DNA from: Phoronis australis
Taxonomy: Eukaryota; Animalia; Phoronida
Assembly: GCA_002633005.1 (NCBI GenBank)
Contig: NMRA01000682.1
Location: 29,450 to 93,449 of the forward strand
DNA length: 64,000 nucleotides
Reading direction: 5' to 3'
How positions within the stretch are numbered: position 1 is the stretch's first letter; each line of letters begins with the position of its first letter. This document shows, in pieces, positions 12,886 through 26,048 of this stretch. The notes beneath the pieces are model-generated. The model did not search any database, was not told the DNA's origin, and saw nothing but the letters and a program-made list of their open reading frames with translations. The position numbers and the translations under genes are program-made.

Positions 12886-14204
12886 ATCTTTACATGGATA
12901 ATATTCCCTGTAAATGGGTTCTGTCTGGATTCTTAAGAAGCTATCACATACTGTCATGTTTGCTAATATCTCATTGTTTTCAGGTCTCTATTAACTTGGC
13001 GGAGTACTTGGAAGAACTAGACATCCAAACATTTGCATCGAAACAATCACCCAGGGGTGGTATTGGGCTGTTTACATCCACATGGCAGGTAGAGCTTCAT
13101 ATGTTTCATTGTTGAGTTAAAAATAGTGCTGCTATCAGGGTTTGAATTTGAAACAATATGAAATATGTCCTTGGTTTAGCCACTGGGCTTAATCTTTAGC
13201 AAGCTCACTGATTCTTGTAGCCATTTGGTCAAGTCAATGTAAAGCTTCTTGGTTTTGCTATAAGTTTCAAAAAGTACACGCGGAAGTATACATGTGAGAT
13301 TAAACTTTCAGTTCTAACCCTGGTTGTGCTGGCTAAATGTCCATGAAACATTAGTAAGAAGTTTTATGCTGGCTGGAGACAGCTAGTTAGAATACAACTA
13401 GCTCTGCTCATTATGTAGAGTTGTGCATTTTCTTATCAGATTAACGAATTAAACAATGAAAAGTTCATAGAATAATGGGAATTGTAGTTTATTGCAGTTG
13501 CCAACAGTTTCATCATTTGATAAAAATATTAATTAATTTGTCATAGAACTTGAACTAAAAAGTTACAGAACACGATACCTGGTTAACCTGAAGTCCAACT
13601 TTTATTAACACATTAAGTTTTGTCATAGGCATGGTTTGTTCTAGATTGTGATAGCATGATAGGTGACCATATGCATGTTTTGTATTCAAGTTGTATAGAA
13701 TAAAATTGTTTTGAATGTCGCGAATCCAGGATTAAAACTTCATTCAAAACAGTATGTGGAAAACTGACCCACTGCAGTGCATGCTTGAAGTAAACTTGCA
13801 GACTAGTCTTGCACTTGAATCCTGAAGAGTGATTGGTTAAATTTTGAGTTTGAAGACTATTTTCTAGGCTCTGTATATAAGTCAGGAAGTAATACAATTT
13901 AGTGTTGTATAAACAGCACAATAAATATCCAGCAAGTTAAGTTGTCTTATACTGGTAGCTTTTACCCGCCTGTTATTAAAATTTGTTGTCTTTATTGCAG
14001 AGTGCGCCTTCAACAATCGTTGGATAAGGAAGGCTACCCAGACAACACAACGTACGCACTTACGAACTGCAGCTCATGAACCTATGAATTCAGTTATCTG
14101 AGCTCAGAAACGCGCGTTTGTAGTCACAAAACATGGATTATTTGCCTGTGAAGCTAAGCGAGCAGATCCAGCTAAAGAAGATTAAGTGGCTTGTGGTCTA
14201 CCAT

Positions 14205-14703
14205 AGGGCCCTTTCACATTGACTTAACTCTTGTCTGAGCGGAACATCGACATATACTGCGAAGTTAACTGGACCGTTCATTCTGGTTTCGGTAGTTAAT
14301 GAACTTCGAAGTGAACAGTAGGTGACACTGTCGTGATCGAAGGTATCGCAAGGTAGCACTGCACGCTAAGATGTGACAACTTGGGAACATTTACATGTGT
14401 TAATTGACATAAAACTTATTTTTAAATTGATTGGTGATTATTAGAGCAAGGAATAAGCAACTATTAGCCATCTCTCTACTATGCAATTGTTAATGATAAC
14501 AGTGGCCCCTGGCAATAACTTTGATAGGACTGAAGTTGATCGTTTATACTGCATGGCAGCGTTGACTCTAAGCAATTAAATGCACCTGTTTAGTGCGAAG
14601 TTAACTGGCGCTGTTAACTTCCTTCCAGGACCAAAGTTTAAGCGTTCATACTGACATTAACTCCCAAAAACTTTGACGCATCGATGTTAGTATGAGAGGC
14701 CCT
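14205..14703. mobile_element. Non-autonomous TIR element (ISL2EU/Harbinger-like)
   Basis: TIRs AGGGCCCTTTCACATTGAC vs reverse complement AGGGGCCTCTCATACTAAC, flanked by AT. Internal GCGAAGTTAACTGG repeats. Confidence 0.6.
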
Positions 14704-16015
14704 ATAGATATGTGTATGAAGTTCAGTAGCTTTAAATTAAAGGAAAAAGAATATTTTTGTGGTCAAAGGTCTAAGTTTTCTAATTTCCATCTCGTATAAA
14801 AAGGTTGTACTTAGGGCTACTTTTAGTGAAACTTGTTCGGACCATGGAGTGTATTGGATTTACTGTTATTATGATTGTCAACAAAACTAAACGACATTTA
14901 AATTGATATTTTTAAGGTTGAAAACAATTGTAGGTGATTCTAAGCACTATTTCTAGCATAAGGATTGTACTTCCCAAAATCAGACCTGTGGCCATTGTCG
15001 ATAAACTTTTAGTTACCTGTTACGTTTTATGTTATGGTTTTGTCTCTGTGGATATTCTTGGATTTTGCATATTAAGTGATTTGTTATTCTTGGTGTCATT
15101 GCTATAATTTTAGTTGAAAAAGTCTGCTGTTGAAACGTAGACTTTAGTTGTAGTCCTTCCTGGCGATGTAATCACATTTTCTTTGGTTGTGTTTCATGAT
15201 TTGGTAGTGATTTCTCTGTTAGTACGTTCCATTTTGCTCCCTCAGTTATCGCATAATTGTCATAGACTGAGAACGATGCGAATATGAATATATTATTAGC
15301 CTCATTTAGTTTTCACTGCATTGTATACATGACACTTGATGAACTGATTTTTGAAATGTTTCTGGTTTTTAAGAGTTTGATATTTCACTTATGTTCACTT
15401 ATTTTAAGGAATTAGTGTATTTTAGGAAGTGCATTTTATTTTCTGCAATTAATCACTGTTAATGAAATGTTAATAGAACTCTAGTTTGTTAAATCTTTAT
15501 GAGAATCATTAAATTTGTTACTGTACTCCACTCTTGTTTTAGTGAAGGTCGAAATTTTTGAATGCCTGTCCGATTGAAACTTATTGCTTTTAGAAAACTT
15601 CAGTTTTCAAAAGTTAGTTCCTTGAAAAATTATGTTCTGAAAACTTAGTTTATAAAAACTTAAGTTTTGATGACTTATGTTTGTTACTAAAAACTTGTTC
15701 CAAAACTTAAGTTTTCCAAAAACTTAAGTTTTTCAAAAACTTAAGTATTTTGGAACAAGTTTTTTGGAACGAACTTAAGTTTTTAAAACTTAAGTTTTCA
15801 GAAAACTTAAGTTTTTGAAAAACTTAAGTTTTCAGAACTTAAGTTTTTGAAAAACTTTAGTTTTCAGAACTTAAGTTTTTTGAAAAATTTAAGTTTTTGA
15901 AAACTTAAGTTATGAAAACTTAAGTTCGTTCCAAAAAACTTGTTCCAAAATACTTAAGTTTTCGCCAAAAACTTAAGTTTTTGTGAATGAAAACTTAAGT
16001 TCATTTTTGTAAGGG

Positions 16016-16049
16016 GGGAGGGAGGGAGGGAGAGAGGGAGGGAGGGAGG

Positions 16050-16100
<51 letters not shown>
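16016..16100. repeat. (GGGA)n/(GA)n microsatellite
   Basis: Directly visible. Confidence 0.95.
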
Positions 16101-16104
<4 letters not shown>

Positions 16105-16751
16105 ACTGATAGTTCTGGTGTTTTCGTGGATGAATTTGTGCTGCAAAATGCGCCCTCCCTAATGTTCCCGGGCTTCGTACTTGACCGTTGCTTATACGCT
16201 ACCTGTAGTACCTACAACAGCCAGCTCACATGTGAATCCTGTGGTGAAAAACTCATACATGTAGCCACCTGATATCTTATAATGAATGGTACACTATTAT
16301 CAAAAGAATCGCAGATTAATCAGCGCCAACTCTTGAAGAATAGGCATAAACCGCTTAAAATTACGAACCAGTGTCTTTGATAATTATTGATACTGATTAC
16401 AAAACGTTATGGTGCTATTGATTCGATGCTAGTGCAGAGTTAAGTTGGTACAAACGAGATTAATGGTCGATCACGATATTTTTTTCATTTTCATAGCGTC
16501 GCGTCTTGACTAGTAACATTTGATGTAGTTAAAAGACAGAATATAAGACTTGCTGTAAGAACAAGACTTTCAAAAACCGTTGGCTTTTCACTGTAACCTC
16601 ACGGATTTCTGCTGCGAAGTAATATTCCTAATAAAACGTTTTCATGTGACAACTCACAACTATGCCTTCATCTGAGCGGGAAAAATGCTTGGTCATGTGT
16701 GTGTTTGAAAACTTCTGTGTTTTATTACAAATGTTTATTGTAAGCACTTAC

Positions 16752-16839
16752 CGTCTTTTACAGACAAGGTCGAGTTGGCATACGCAAAAATGACTTTTGT
16801 TCGATGAGCGTCACGTCTTCTTCTCAGCGGCGTGCAGTT
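16752..16839 (-). CDS. ZP-domain protein exon 7 (furin site, EHP)
   Basis: atattttag|AAC acceptor (phase 0) and G|GTAAGT donor (phase 1). Peptide NCTPLRRRRDAHRTKVIFAYANSTLSVKD has the last Cys, a consensus furin site RRRR and an EHP-like strand. Confidence 0.9.
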
Positions 16840-18396
16840 CTAAAATATGTGCACCAAAAAATAAACAATATATCATGACACCTTCGTTTTAGCAAGCTGG
16901 TCTAGCAACAGGCGTTTTCATGTACATCCTCTTAATCCAGGTTTACTTTCAACATTAATTGGAGCGTTATTGTTGTTAAGAATGGATTCCTACTAATATC
17001 TACTGCGCTCGGGAATTTTAGCTTTTATTCTTAGAATTTGCAACAGCCCTTCAAGAAATCTGACTCAGAGCAGATTTCTGATCGGGGTCAACATTTTTCT
17101 AATTTTAAATGTTTAATTATTTGCATATTTATTGTTGTGGAGCCCCCTACATGAATTTAAAAGTGCGTGCTTCCATTAAGTTGGTTGTCAGGCAGGAGAT
17201 CTTTAGGGAATGAATACAAACCTAGAGGACTTTGCAACATGAATGGTTGTATTTTTGTACTGAACACAGTGCCATAGCCTCCAGCTATGCCGATCAGTTT
17301 CATTCACACTCGTGTGAAGTGCGTCTGAGTCGTGCCATCCAGGCAGGGGTAGGATGAGTTTTTAAGCTTTGACTAAAATATTTTCATTGGGCAGCACGCT
17401 TTCACTATTTACAAGCACGTGGACGAGAATGTGAACATCTTTCTCACAACAGTCTCTAGTGAAGTTCTTGACACATCAAAGGGTTGATGTCGCCATCACA
17501 GACTTAAGTGAGCCAGTGGCTAATCATGGGCTTGGGCGAATGTGTATTAGACGAGATAATTGCTGTTGTAACAACGCAGGTGCTAAGTGTGCGAGTTTCT
17601 AAGTCAATAAACGAACAACACGTATCTATGACTGAAAAATGATTAATAATTGTCTTCTTATTTTTGAAATCGGTGCATTACTAGAGAAATTAGCGAATAT
17701 GTTTTCTTCAGCAGGTGGGTGAGCCACACGCTTGGAACACAACCAGTATGGGATGGGAATTGATTTGGGATAAATACACATTACCAAAACAGTGATGCAA
17801 TAAAGCATGACGTGCCTTCCAGGGTTTCAATAAACTTACTTTCTTCTCCAATTAAAAATTAAAATAAATCTATTGATCATTATCTGCAATATTTCCACAC
17901 ATTAGCTAAAATGATATTTGAGACAAGTACAGTTGTAGTCGACGGAGACTCATCATGCCAGTGGTGATTTAAGAGGCGTATGCAAAAGAAAGGGAGAAAG
18001 GGAGGTGGAAAGGGTTTCCCAGGCTTTCAAAAATGATATCATCAAGAATATGAAGGCACGGTCAAATCTACAGAGACCTTTAAGATTTGGAACATAACGT
18101 CAAGTGCAGTTTCCGGAGCCTGGCATAAACGCAGAAAAAATGTTGACGAGTGGAGGCAACACAAGTACTGAGTAAAGACTGAAGAACTGAGTATTCTTTG
18201 AATGGTTTGAAAGTCAAATTTTAGGGCTTAATAAAATTCGAAGAAATTTATTTGTGCAACATCGGTGGAAGTCCGGTCTCCACCAGCCGCGAGTCGGAGT
18301 GGTCACATTAACTGAATGTGACAGTTATGAACAGTTGGGCGTGCATAGGACTCACTAATAGCAACCGGACACTCAATATTTCACTTTTTGCGTTTC

Positions 18397-19989
18397 CAGG
18401 TGAGAAATGACGCAGCGACGTCAGTGGTTCGTCTGCAGAGTGAATGCCGCTATATCGTGGTGCATCGTTCCCGCTTGTCTGAACTATGAAGCTGCGAAGA
18501 AAGCGGGTACATCGTTTTTTTCGACTTCTTCGAGAGCCCGAAATGCTTAGAAAGTGGCTCGCGGTAGTAAAGAATGAAAGGTACGCTGCTAATAGCAAGT
18601 ATGAGGCCGTGAAACACCTCCGTGTCTGTGGCCGGCATTTCGTCGACAGTGATTACTCTGACGAATTTCGGCTTACCAAAGAACTATCCATACGTTCAGT
18701 TGCCTGTGCATGTTCACGACGCCTCTCTAGTATTTCTTGATCAGTGTATTCCGGTTGGAGTTGATAGCCTGTGAAACCTAACGATCCGATACGTGAAGTC
18801 TTCGTCGGATGAGCTCTTGACTAACTATGTCGGAATTGGCGCCGGGCGAGTTGCCATGTAGACGTTTATTATTCTGCGTTCTGTTTCAAAATGAATTATT
18901 CTCATCCTAACCAATGCTTGTATAAAACTGAAACAAAGTCTGTCTCATTAGATACAATTTGTAATGCTTTTGCGTGAGTGCAAATGTTGAGAAGCCAGTA
19001 ATGAATAAACCACTGCTTTACCGGCTTTTGGTGGCGGCAATAAAGGTAGTTGACCTGGCACCGAGGCCGTGTCGTGAGCGCATGATGCTACAGTGTTTGC
19101 TGCTGACAGAAAGATGTTGTGAAACAATTACTCGATTTTATATCTATGAACACATGTTAGGGGAATCTTTATTCAGAAATACAAATACATTATTCAAATC
19201 ATTGTTACTGTACAACCTTTGCCCTGACTGCCCTGTGGAAAGGGAACCCGACTTCGCGGCCCCCGACAAGTAAGGAGATTTTCAGTTTCGTGGCTAATTC
19301 CCATTATTTCTTTGGCTCACTATTATAGTCTTTTCGTGACTGGAGGTTTAGTTTCCAACTCAAGCTGATTTATGTCGTGCCAGTCCCGGCGGCCGCGACG
19401 GGCCTGATCGGGTTCCCGAGCCACTGGCCGGCCGCGGACAACAGGTCAGTCCGGCCGCGACAGGCCTGATCGGGTTCCGAGCCACTGGTCGGGATAATAA
19501 TCGAGTTGTGTGTTTAGAACTCAAAAAATCATAAGTCTAAACGACACAGTTCTAGGTTTTCCTGTCTGTATTTCACGGAAGAATACTTCGCATTTATCTC
19601 CGAACAGACCCCAAACTCCTGCTATAGACCTTGGTAAATTGGCCTGCCGAACTTTGTAGGCTACGGTGTGTCCAAATACCAGTAAATCCGTAACAGCGAA
19701 ATAAAACAACACGTTTTTATAAGAACTCGGTGTATTTTTAAGGGTTTTACATCGAAGTTTGATTATTTATTGGTGTTAAACGATGTATTCAAGCGATAAC
19801 CTGGCACCAGTAACCCGTGTTGTGAACTGCTGAACAGACTGCGTGTGAAACCAATTACGTCATTGGATAATTTCAACACCTCCGTCTGCCGTCTGGTGTC
19901 AGGTAACGCAACCGAACATGCCGTTATCGAGTAGAACTACTCGACCTAAATTGATACAAAATGGGTTGTTTTTTGGGTGGCATTCTCCT
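18397..19989 (+). mobile_element. Kolobok-type non-autonomous element, copy 2 (left TIR missing)
   Basis: THAP remnant FFRLLREPEMLRKWLAVVKN...RVCGRHFVDSDY. Right end is GTGGCATTCTCCT|TTAA. Colinear with 43655-45476. Confidence 0.8.
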
Positions 19990-20608
19990 TTAACACGGGT
20001 AGAAAAGTAGTTGTCAGGCCCATATTGAGTATGAGCAACTGCATCAAATTATATGTGGCTGCAGTACGTCCAAGGTTTTGTGGGGATGCATGTTATTCAG
20101 ATTTACGTCACGCTCAATAGTAGAAAATTGAAGGTAGGTGTCAGGCAAATAGTTTGAGGTCATGGCCGCAGCTGGGACATAGGCTGGATTCGGACACTGG
20201 ACAGAAATAATCGACGGATCACAACGGTACAAAGCTCTTATACTTTTGGAACAAGCAGGATAGAAAGGAGTGTGATTTACGAGAAATAAAATCTAGTTGG
20301 CATCACTATAATTAGAAACGATCGTACATGACAACCGAAATCAATGACCGCTATTCGCGACTGGGCTTTGACACTTAGGGTAAAAACTTCGGTTAGATTT
20401 ACAGGCCGTGACAAATATTACTCAACACTAAAGTGGTTAGAAAATTAAATTGTGATTGAATAAAACGCCATAACCACCACTCTGAAACCAGAAGTGTCCG
20501 TAGACTGACGAGGCTCCCACTCGGCTTCACTTGCTGAAGACGCCGGTGCAGGAGAGTCGACTTCCAGACAACGTACTGTACACGATCAAGGCAAAATGCC
20601 TTCTTTTA

Positions 20609-20763
20609 CCGTAAAACCTCGAGTAAACGCCCCACCAACTGGATACCAGACGCTAAGAAACTGTAACACCAACTAAGCGCCCATAGGGGTTTATTCGGCA
20701 CAATTTTCCGAGTAAACGCCGATGAGCGTTTGATTGGGTGAGTATATCTACGGAAAATTCCGG
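20609..20763. mobile_element. TA-flanked CCG-ended MITE (Tc1/mariner-pogo-like)
   Basis: TA|CCG...CGG|TA ends and internal TAAACGCC repeats; related to 55284-55562. Confidence 0.5.
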
Positions 20764-21060
20764 TAAGTCGCATTGAATCATCATCATGCAGCTTGTGCTA
20801 CAGTGCTTGCTTGCAATAGAATCGTGCAGGCCAATACAAAAGTTTGGCTGCCTTACACAAGTAGTAATTAGCAAAAATTTTGGGGCCCGTTTCGGGAGAA
20901 TATCCCTGCAATAAACTTGTAACAGTCACGGATTTCTAAACCCAAATTTGCACCTTTTTATGTATAAGAATATAATACGCAATCTTCCTAGGGGTTCACA
21001 GTGAATATTAAATACATTTAAACCCAAAATCTCAAAACATTAGTACCTGTCAGGCTTTCT

Positions 21061-21195
21061 TTTTGAGAATACCCGTGCCTAACGCGGCTGTTCTTAGGGT
21101 ACACTTTGAGAATACCCGTGCCTAACGCGGCTGTTCTTAGGGTACATTTTGAGAATACCCGTGCCTAACGTGAGTATTCTTACGGTACATTTTCA
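21061..21195. repeat. 43-bp tandem repeat, ~3 copies
   Basis: Unit TTTTGAGAATACCCGTGCCTAACGCGGCTGTTCTTAGGGTACA starts at 21061, 21104 and 21147. Confidence 0.9.
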
Positions 21196-21349
21196 GCGGT
21201 TGGCGACAAGGAGTGCATAGCGGTTAGTTCCAAAAACAACGGCTCCGGCGAATGGGTTACACGGCTTCAAGTGGCATTCCACTTTAGGTGAAGGGTACAA
21301 CCCGCAATTTCCCAGTTTCATCAGTTTTTGTTCGAATCAAAATTGTATA

Positions 21350-21661
21350 CAGGAGCAGATCCAGCATTTTGAGTTGGGGGTGGGGCAGGGCACAGGAATA
21401 GCCAGAGTTTCGGCAGATGCGCGCGCCCAGCCTAAATTGTAGGGGTGCAGGGGTCTCGAATCTTTGGGTTTGCGGACCTTTTGCCTAAAAAAAACGGTAA
21501 AAACGGGTTTTGTTCAGGGCCTATGCAGTGTTTATAACCCCCGAGTCCCCCGGTTACGCGCATATGCTAGTCAACAGTTCGCAACCAAACTGCCAAATGG
21601 TATCTGGTAGAATTTTAAGGGGGCCATGGCCCCCTTGCCCCCACCCCTAAATTCGCCACTG
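21350..21661. mobile_element. MITE (CAGGGGCGGAT family) with a nested CATGCGCG-type MITE at ~21416-21565
   Basis: 5-bp TSD GTATA on both sides; ends CAGGAGCAGATCCAG / CTAAATTCGCCACTG. Confidence 0.7.
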
Positions 21662-21753
21662 GTATACCAACAAGTCATTGGGGATATCACGCATGCTTGC
21701 AGCGGTAAAACCAAGTTTGTACGTCATCAACTGAAGGCGCTTGTGAAGTATAG

Positions 21754-21756
<3 letters not shown>

Positions 21757-21818
<62 letters not shown>

Positions 21819-21822
21819 TATA
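21757..21822. repeat. (TA)n microsatellite
   Basis: Directly visible. Confidence 0.95.
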
Positions 21823-21899
21823 CTATTTAAATTCATATTAACCTCAAAATTGCGGACTTTTTCTCCCCGCTTTCCAAAGAGCTAGAGCCAACTTACACA

Positions 21900-22959
21900 C
21901 GACAACAAACATAATTAAATCAGCAATATATTCGACAACAACCTACCATCATCACAGAAAAATGACAAGAAGAAACATAGGATGGGTCAGAGTGCATTGA
22001 AGCCATCCAAAAATGGGGAGGTGTCGTGGCCTCACAACATTATTTTCCAAATTTTATAAAAAGCTGTCAAGGAACTCACAGCAGTAGTCGAATACATCTC
22101 TCTGCTGTCAAGTTAATATGCATACAACTGCAAAATTTGAAAAACATCTAACACGGGGATGCAGTCTTTGGTGCGAAAAAAATGTCTCAAAGGGCACCAC
22201 AGTATTTGGACAAGTTTCAAAATTCACATCAGATATACTCTTGTCTGGTGGAAAACATCTGGCAATATTCCTAATGGTCCTCCACTTGATTTGGCAGATA
22301 CAGAGGCAGAAGGCAAAAAACAGACTACAAAAGTAATTCAAATGACCACTAGGATGCGCAGAATTCGTCTAATTTATCACAAATAGGAAAGATGCTGGCG
22401 GCGTTTTCTTCGGAAAATCATCGTCAATCGTCGTCTCCAATATAAGTTCATACACGACAACTTTCACAATCATACTCAGAGTGGTTTGGTTAATTGAGGG
22501 GCGGACGCCAAACACAGACTAGAAAATAGTAAAAATGACCACTAGATGGCGAAAAATACGTCGAATCCGGCCAATCAAAAGCGCGAAATGTAAATATGTT
22601 GGGCGGCAGAAATGCTTCGCAAGATGGGCTGAACGTGCGTGCACACTCTTGAATCTGGTGCTTACCCACATGTAGCTGCTTTGAACCACTACGTAGACAT
22701 CAGTATGAAAACAAAAAGTGAATTCCTTCTGTAATTACTGAAAGGCGCCTTTTTGGGCGGAACATTCAATCTTTATATCAAACATATCTCACGTTATTGT
22801 GACAATTTGGGATGCTTTGACAACTTGGTCATGTACTATTATACAGAGCACCTCAAAAATGTCCAAAATTTACTATAATAAATAAATAAATACATACATA
22901 CATACCTTCGCAAAATTTGTCAAAATTTATTGAATTTTGCCGTTCCCGGCTAATGGGGG
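21900..22959 (-). mobile_element. Possible piggyBac-like 5' end remnant
   Basis: TTAA|CCCCCATTAGCCGG terminus at 22959-22963 and a degenerate acidic N-terminal-like reading on the minus strand. No matching second TIR found. Confidence 0.3.
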
Positions 22960-23595
22960 TTAATGTAAACTCATTTTAAACCGTATGGTGATAGACATGT
23001 TCAAGATCTACAGAAACACCATCAAGACATTTTCTTTCTTGTTCTGATAAACTGTTTACTGTTTTACGTATTTAAACTCTTTGAATCAAAAATGGGCTAT
23101 TTTGGGCCAAAATATTATGATGTCATAACTTAAAAATAATGGCCCAAAATTTGAAATAAATATTTTGAACATACGTGTATCTCACCAGGATGTATGAACG
23201 CACAAATCGTTTTTTAAGATCAGAGACGGTGACCCTTCAGTCGACCTTTTGGTGCTCTCGTGGGAGGGAAGGTAATTCTGCACAGACTGGGACGCACCAT
23301 AATATCATTGATCTACCCTCTGGCCGCGCTCTCGGTCTATACAGGACGACCAACGCTACATACTCTAGGCGTCTAGACGGTCTCTACATGACGAGCACTG
23401 CTACATACTGTAAGTGTCTAGAAGGTCTTTTTAGCTGTATATGCATGTCTCCTACAGTACACAATATCGATGAACTCATAAATTTATGTTAAGGCAACTT
23501 TCGGGGATTTCCAATAAGACAACAACCGGCCATGTTCTTGTTTGGTTTTCATGTTAATTAGATATCAAATCAATAATAAATGAAGCAGTCCATAC

Positions 23596-23791
23596 CGTTG
23601 GTTTGCAGGTCACGTCATCTGTAGTCACACATATCGCCACTTCGACCTCAACTGTTAACGTCGCGGATGCTGGGGGTGAAAACATAACCATGTTTACGTC
23701 AGTTGAATCGACGACAATGTCGCCAGAAGGAATCGGCGAACCTCTTTGCTGCGCAACATTAGCAGTAGACCTTTCCAGGCCAGTCGTGCAC
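23596..23791 (-). CDS. ZP-domain protein exon 6 (ZP-C)
   Basis: ttgtttctcag|G acceptor (phase 2) and ACG|GTATGG donor (phase 0). Peptide CTTGLERSTANVAQQRGSPIPSGDIVVDSTDVNMVMFSPPASATLTVEVEVAICVTTDDVTCKPT. Confidence 0.9.
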
Positions 23792-25259
23792 CTGAGAAAC
23801 AAGTAAAAAGTCCGTGTTATTGTCGGGCTATGATATCACAACAAACTTTTTAGCAGTCAAGACAGCACCTTGGTGCCAGTTAACGTAATGCAAGGCCTAC
23901 TACAGAAACCCACCATTCCAAACAAACATGTAGAAAAAGAGAGTTTCCAGATTATGTTGTCTTCATGACCTTTCTGTAGTCAATGAGTGAAGATTGTGTA
24001 TGTTTTTGGTGACTAGGGCAGTGTACTGAGAATAAAATGCAAAGCCATAAAGCACGAGTTTCGCGACAAAACAGAAACGCGGTAACCAAACAATTAAAAT
24101 GTTTACCTGTTGGAGATTAACAGTGATGTTCTTGACCATGCAACAGCGGTATTGTCGTATGCTGGCCATATTATGCATGTAGAACGAAACTGGTAGATAT
24201 TAGTATTCTCTATCGACAAACCATACAAGACGTAGGGCATGACTTGCGCTGCACGTTCCAGGCACTACCACTAGGTGAAATATAGCATATAGCATAAGTG
24301 TCCCTTATGCTATATGATCACCCAAAACTGGTTCTTCCCCTGATAATACTCGTTTAGTACTTCTCCGCATCGTGTACATCCCATTAACCAATGTTTAATT
24401 CCACTCACTCGTCCACTAAATGTCCCAACGCGTATTTTCAAGCACCCCTTACTTCTCTCAGATGGAGAGGTAGTACGTATGTTTCTCATTCCTATTGGTG
24501 GTGCGTGCAAGTTTTGTTGCATAGTATGACAGTGTCTTTATTCCATGTACTTTAAGGCCATTGGCAACAAGTATGCGAAAATACATTAAAGTCGCAATAA
24601 GTACATAAAATGTGAACTTAACGAAGAAATAGTAATTCATCACTAATTAGAGTATCCTCACAATTTCTGTCTTAAAATAGAAACACAATGAACAAATTTA
24701 GACAATGTAACACGTAAATTTTCATCATAACTTGTTAATAACCTTTAAATCTGCTGGCGGTTGGCTCACATCTGGATTGCGCTGCGATAAACATACATGT
24801 AATTCCTTTGACACAAATACAGTGCGCAACAACAAATACAATGAAACCCGTCACTTACAGTGTGTTTTAGCAGTACAAAATGGTGCAAAATATTTCGCTC
24901 TTGTAACTGGAAAATGATTTCAAATAAAATGTTTCGAGAAGTACTCCTGTGCATTGCTGGTAGCGCGAGGGAAACCAATTTAATTGTAATTGACGCCCTC
25001 TCGACTTGTTTACGGGACTTTTGTCGTCAACGAGATGGCATTTGTGTTAGACGCACATGTAACAGAAACAACGTGGCAACATGTCTTGCAAAGCTACATG
25101 GTGTCGCTAATTCCCAATTCAACTATAGGATGCTTCATAGCAAGACACTAATCATAGAAAATGAAGCAAGTTTTCGCCAACATGAAAAAGAATGTTACAA
25201 ATTCCCGCCATTAACTTGAGACTATCAAGAGAAAGTGAACTTTCGAAAACGATCCTCGT

Positions 25260-26048
25260 TGTCAGAATATAGTCTGACAGTATTTTTAGTTGCATTGTTT
25301 TGTTTTGTTATTCTGTTTGATTGGCATGACCCCTGAGTTAAGTACAGTGATGATGCAATTTGTTTACTACAAAATAGTATGGAACATTCTAGAAGACTGA
25401 GGTCAGAACAGTGATGATGTAATTTGTTTACTGCAGTATAGTATGGAACCTTCTAGAAAACTCTAGCATGACAGTGATTAATGCAGTCTGGAATATTCTA
25501 GAGACTAGTACATGTTTGTAGAATGATTGGGTAGGTTCCAGAAAGTTCTGGTATGTGCTTGAATTGATGAAAAGTTCTAGATCAATGCATTAGGCTATAA
25601 ATACACAAGCATGGTTTTGTGTTAGTCACTTGAGTCCAAGAAGATTAAGTGAGTTGAGTTAAGAGAAGATCACGTCGGGAGATCAAGTGAGATCAAGTAA
25701 GTTCAAGAAAGTTTATCAGGAGAACTACAGTTGAGTTGCAGTGAAGAGAATCAGTAGTTACAGCGATAGTCAATAGAGAGCCAGCTATAGAGACAGCAGG
25801 TTATTGAATCGAGTGTAAGAGTTGCTGGAAATATCTCAGAAGTTCAACACAAGTCAAGGCTTCGCAGCACTGGCTGGAACATAAACAGACATTACGTCGG
25901 ACCTGTTGTTTCAGTAGGCTTGTGAACGTACGGTCGGGATTAATAAAGGATTAACTCGAACCAGTCTTCAGTCAATCTTCGCACCGAAAGCTATTAGCAC
26001 CGGTCTGTAACAACCTGCGCCCACCCACACACGGGGAAAAACGTGACA
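25260..26048 (+). mobile_element. Solo LTR of the Gypsy family at 1201-3883
   Basis: TGTCAG...GTGACA; reverse-complement homolog of 1201-1941; perfect 5-bp TSD CTCGT (25255-25259 / 26049-26053). Confidence 0.95.

Larger units (their letters stand above)
9975..16015. mobile_element. 6.0-kb non-autonomous CMC/EnSpm-like DNA transposon
   Basis: Identical TIRs CCCTTACAAAAATGAACTTAAGTTTT. Removing one GG (2-bp TSD) restores the GGGA repeat phase. Subterminal arrays of palindromic AAAACTTAAGTTTT lie at ~9985-10500 and ~15590-16005. No transposase ORF seen. Confidence 0.85.
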
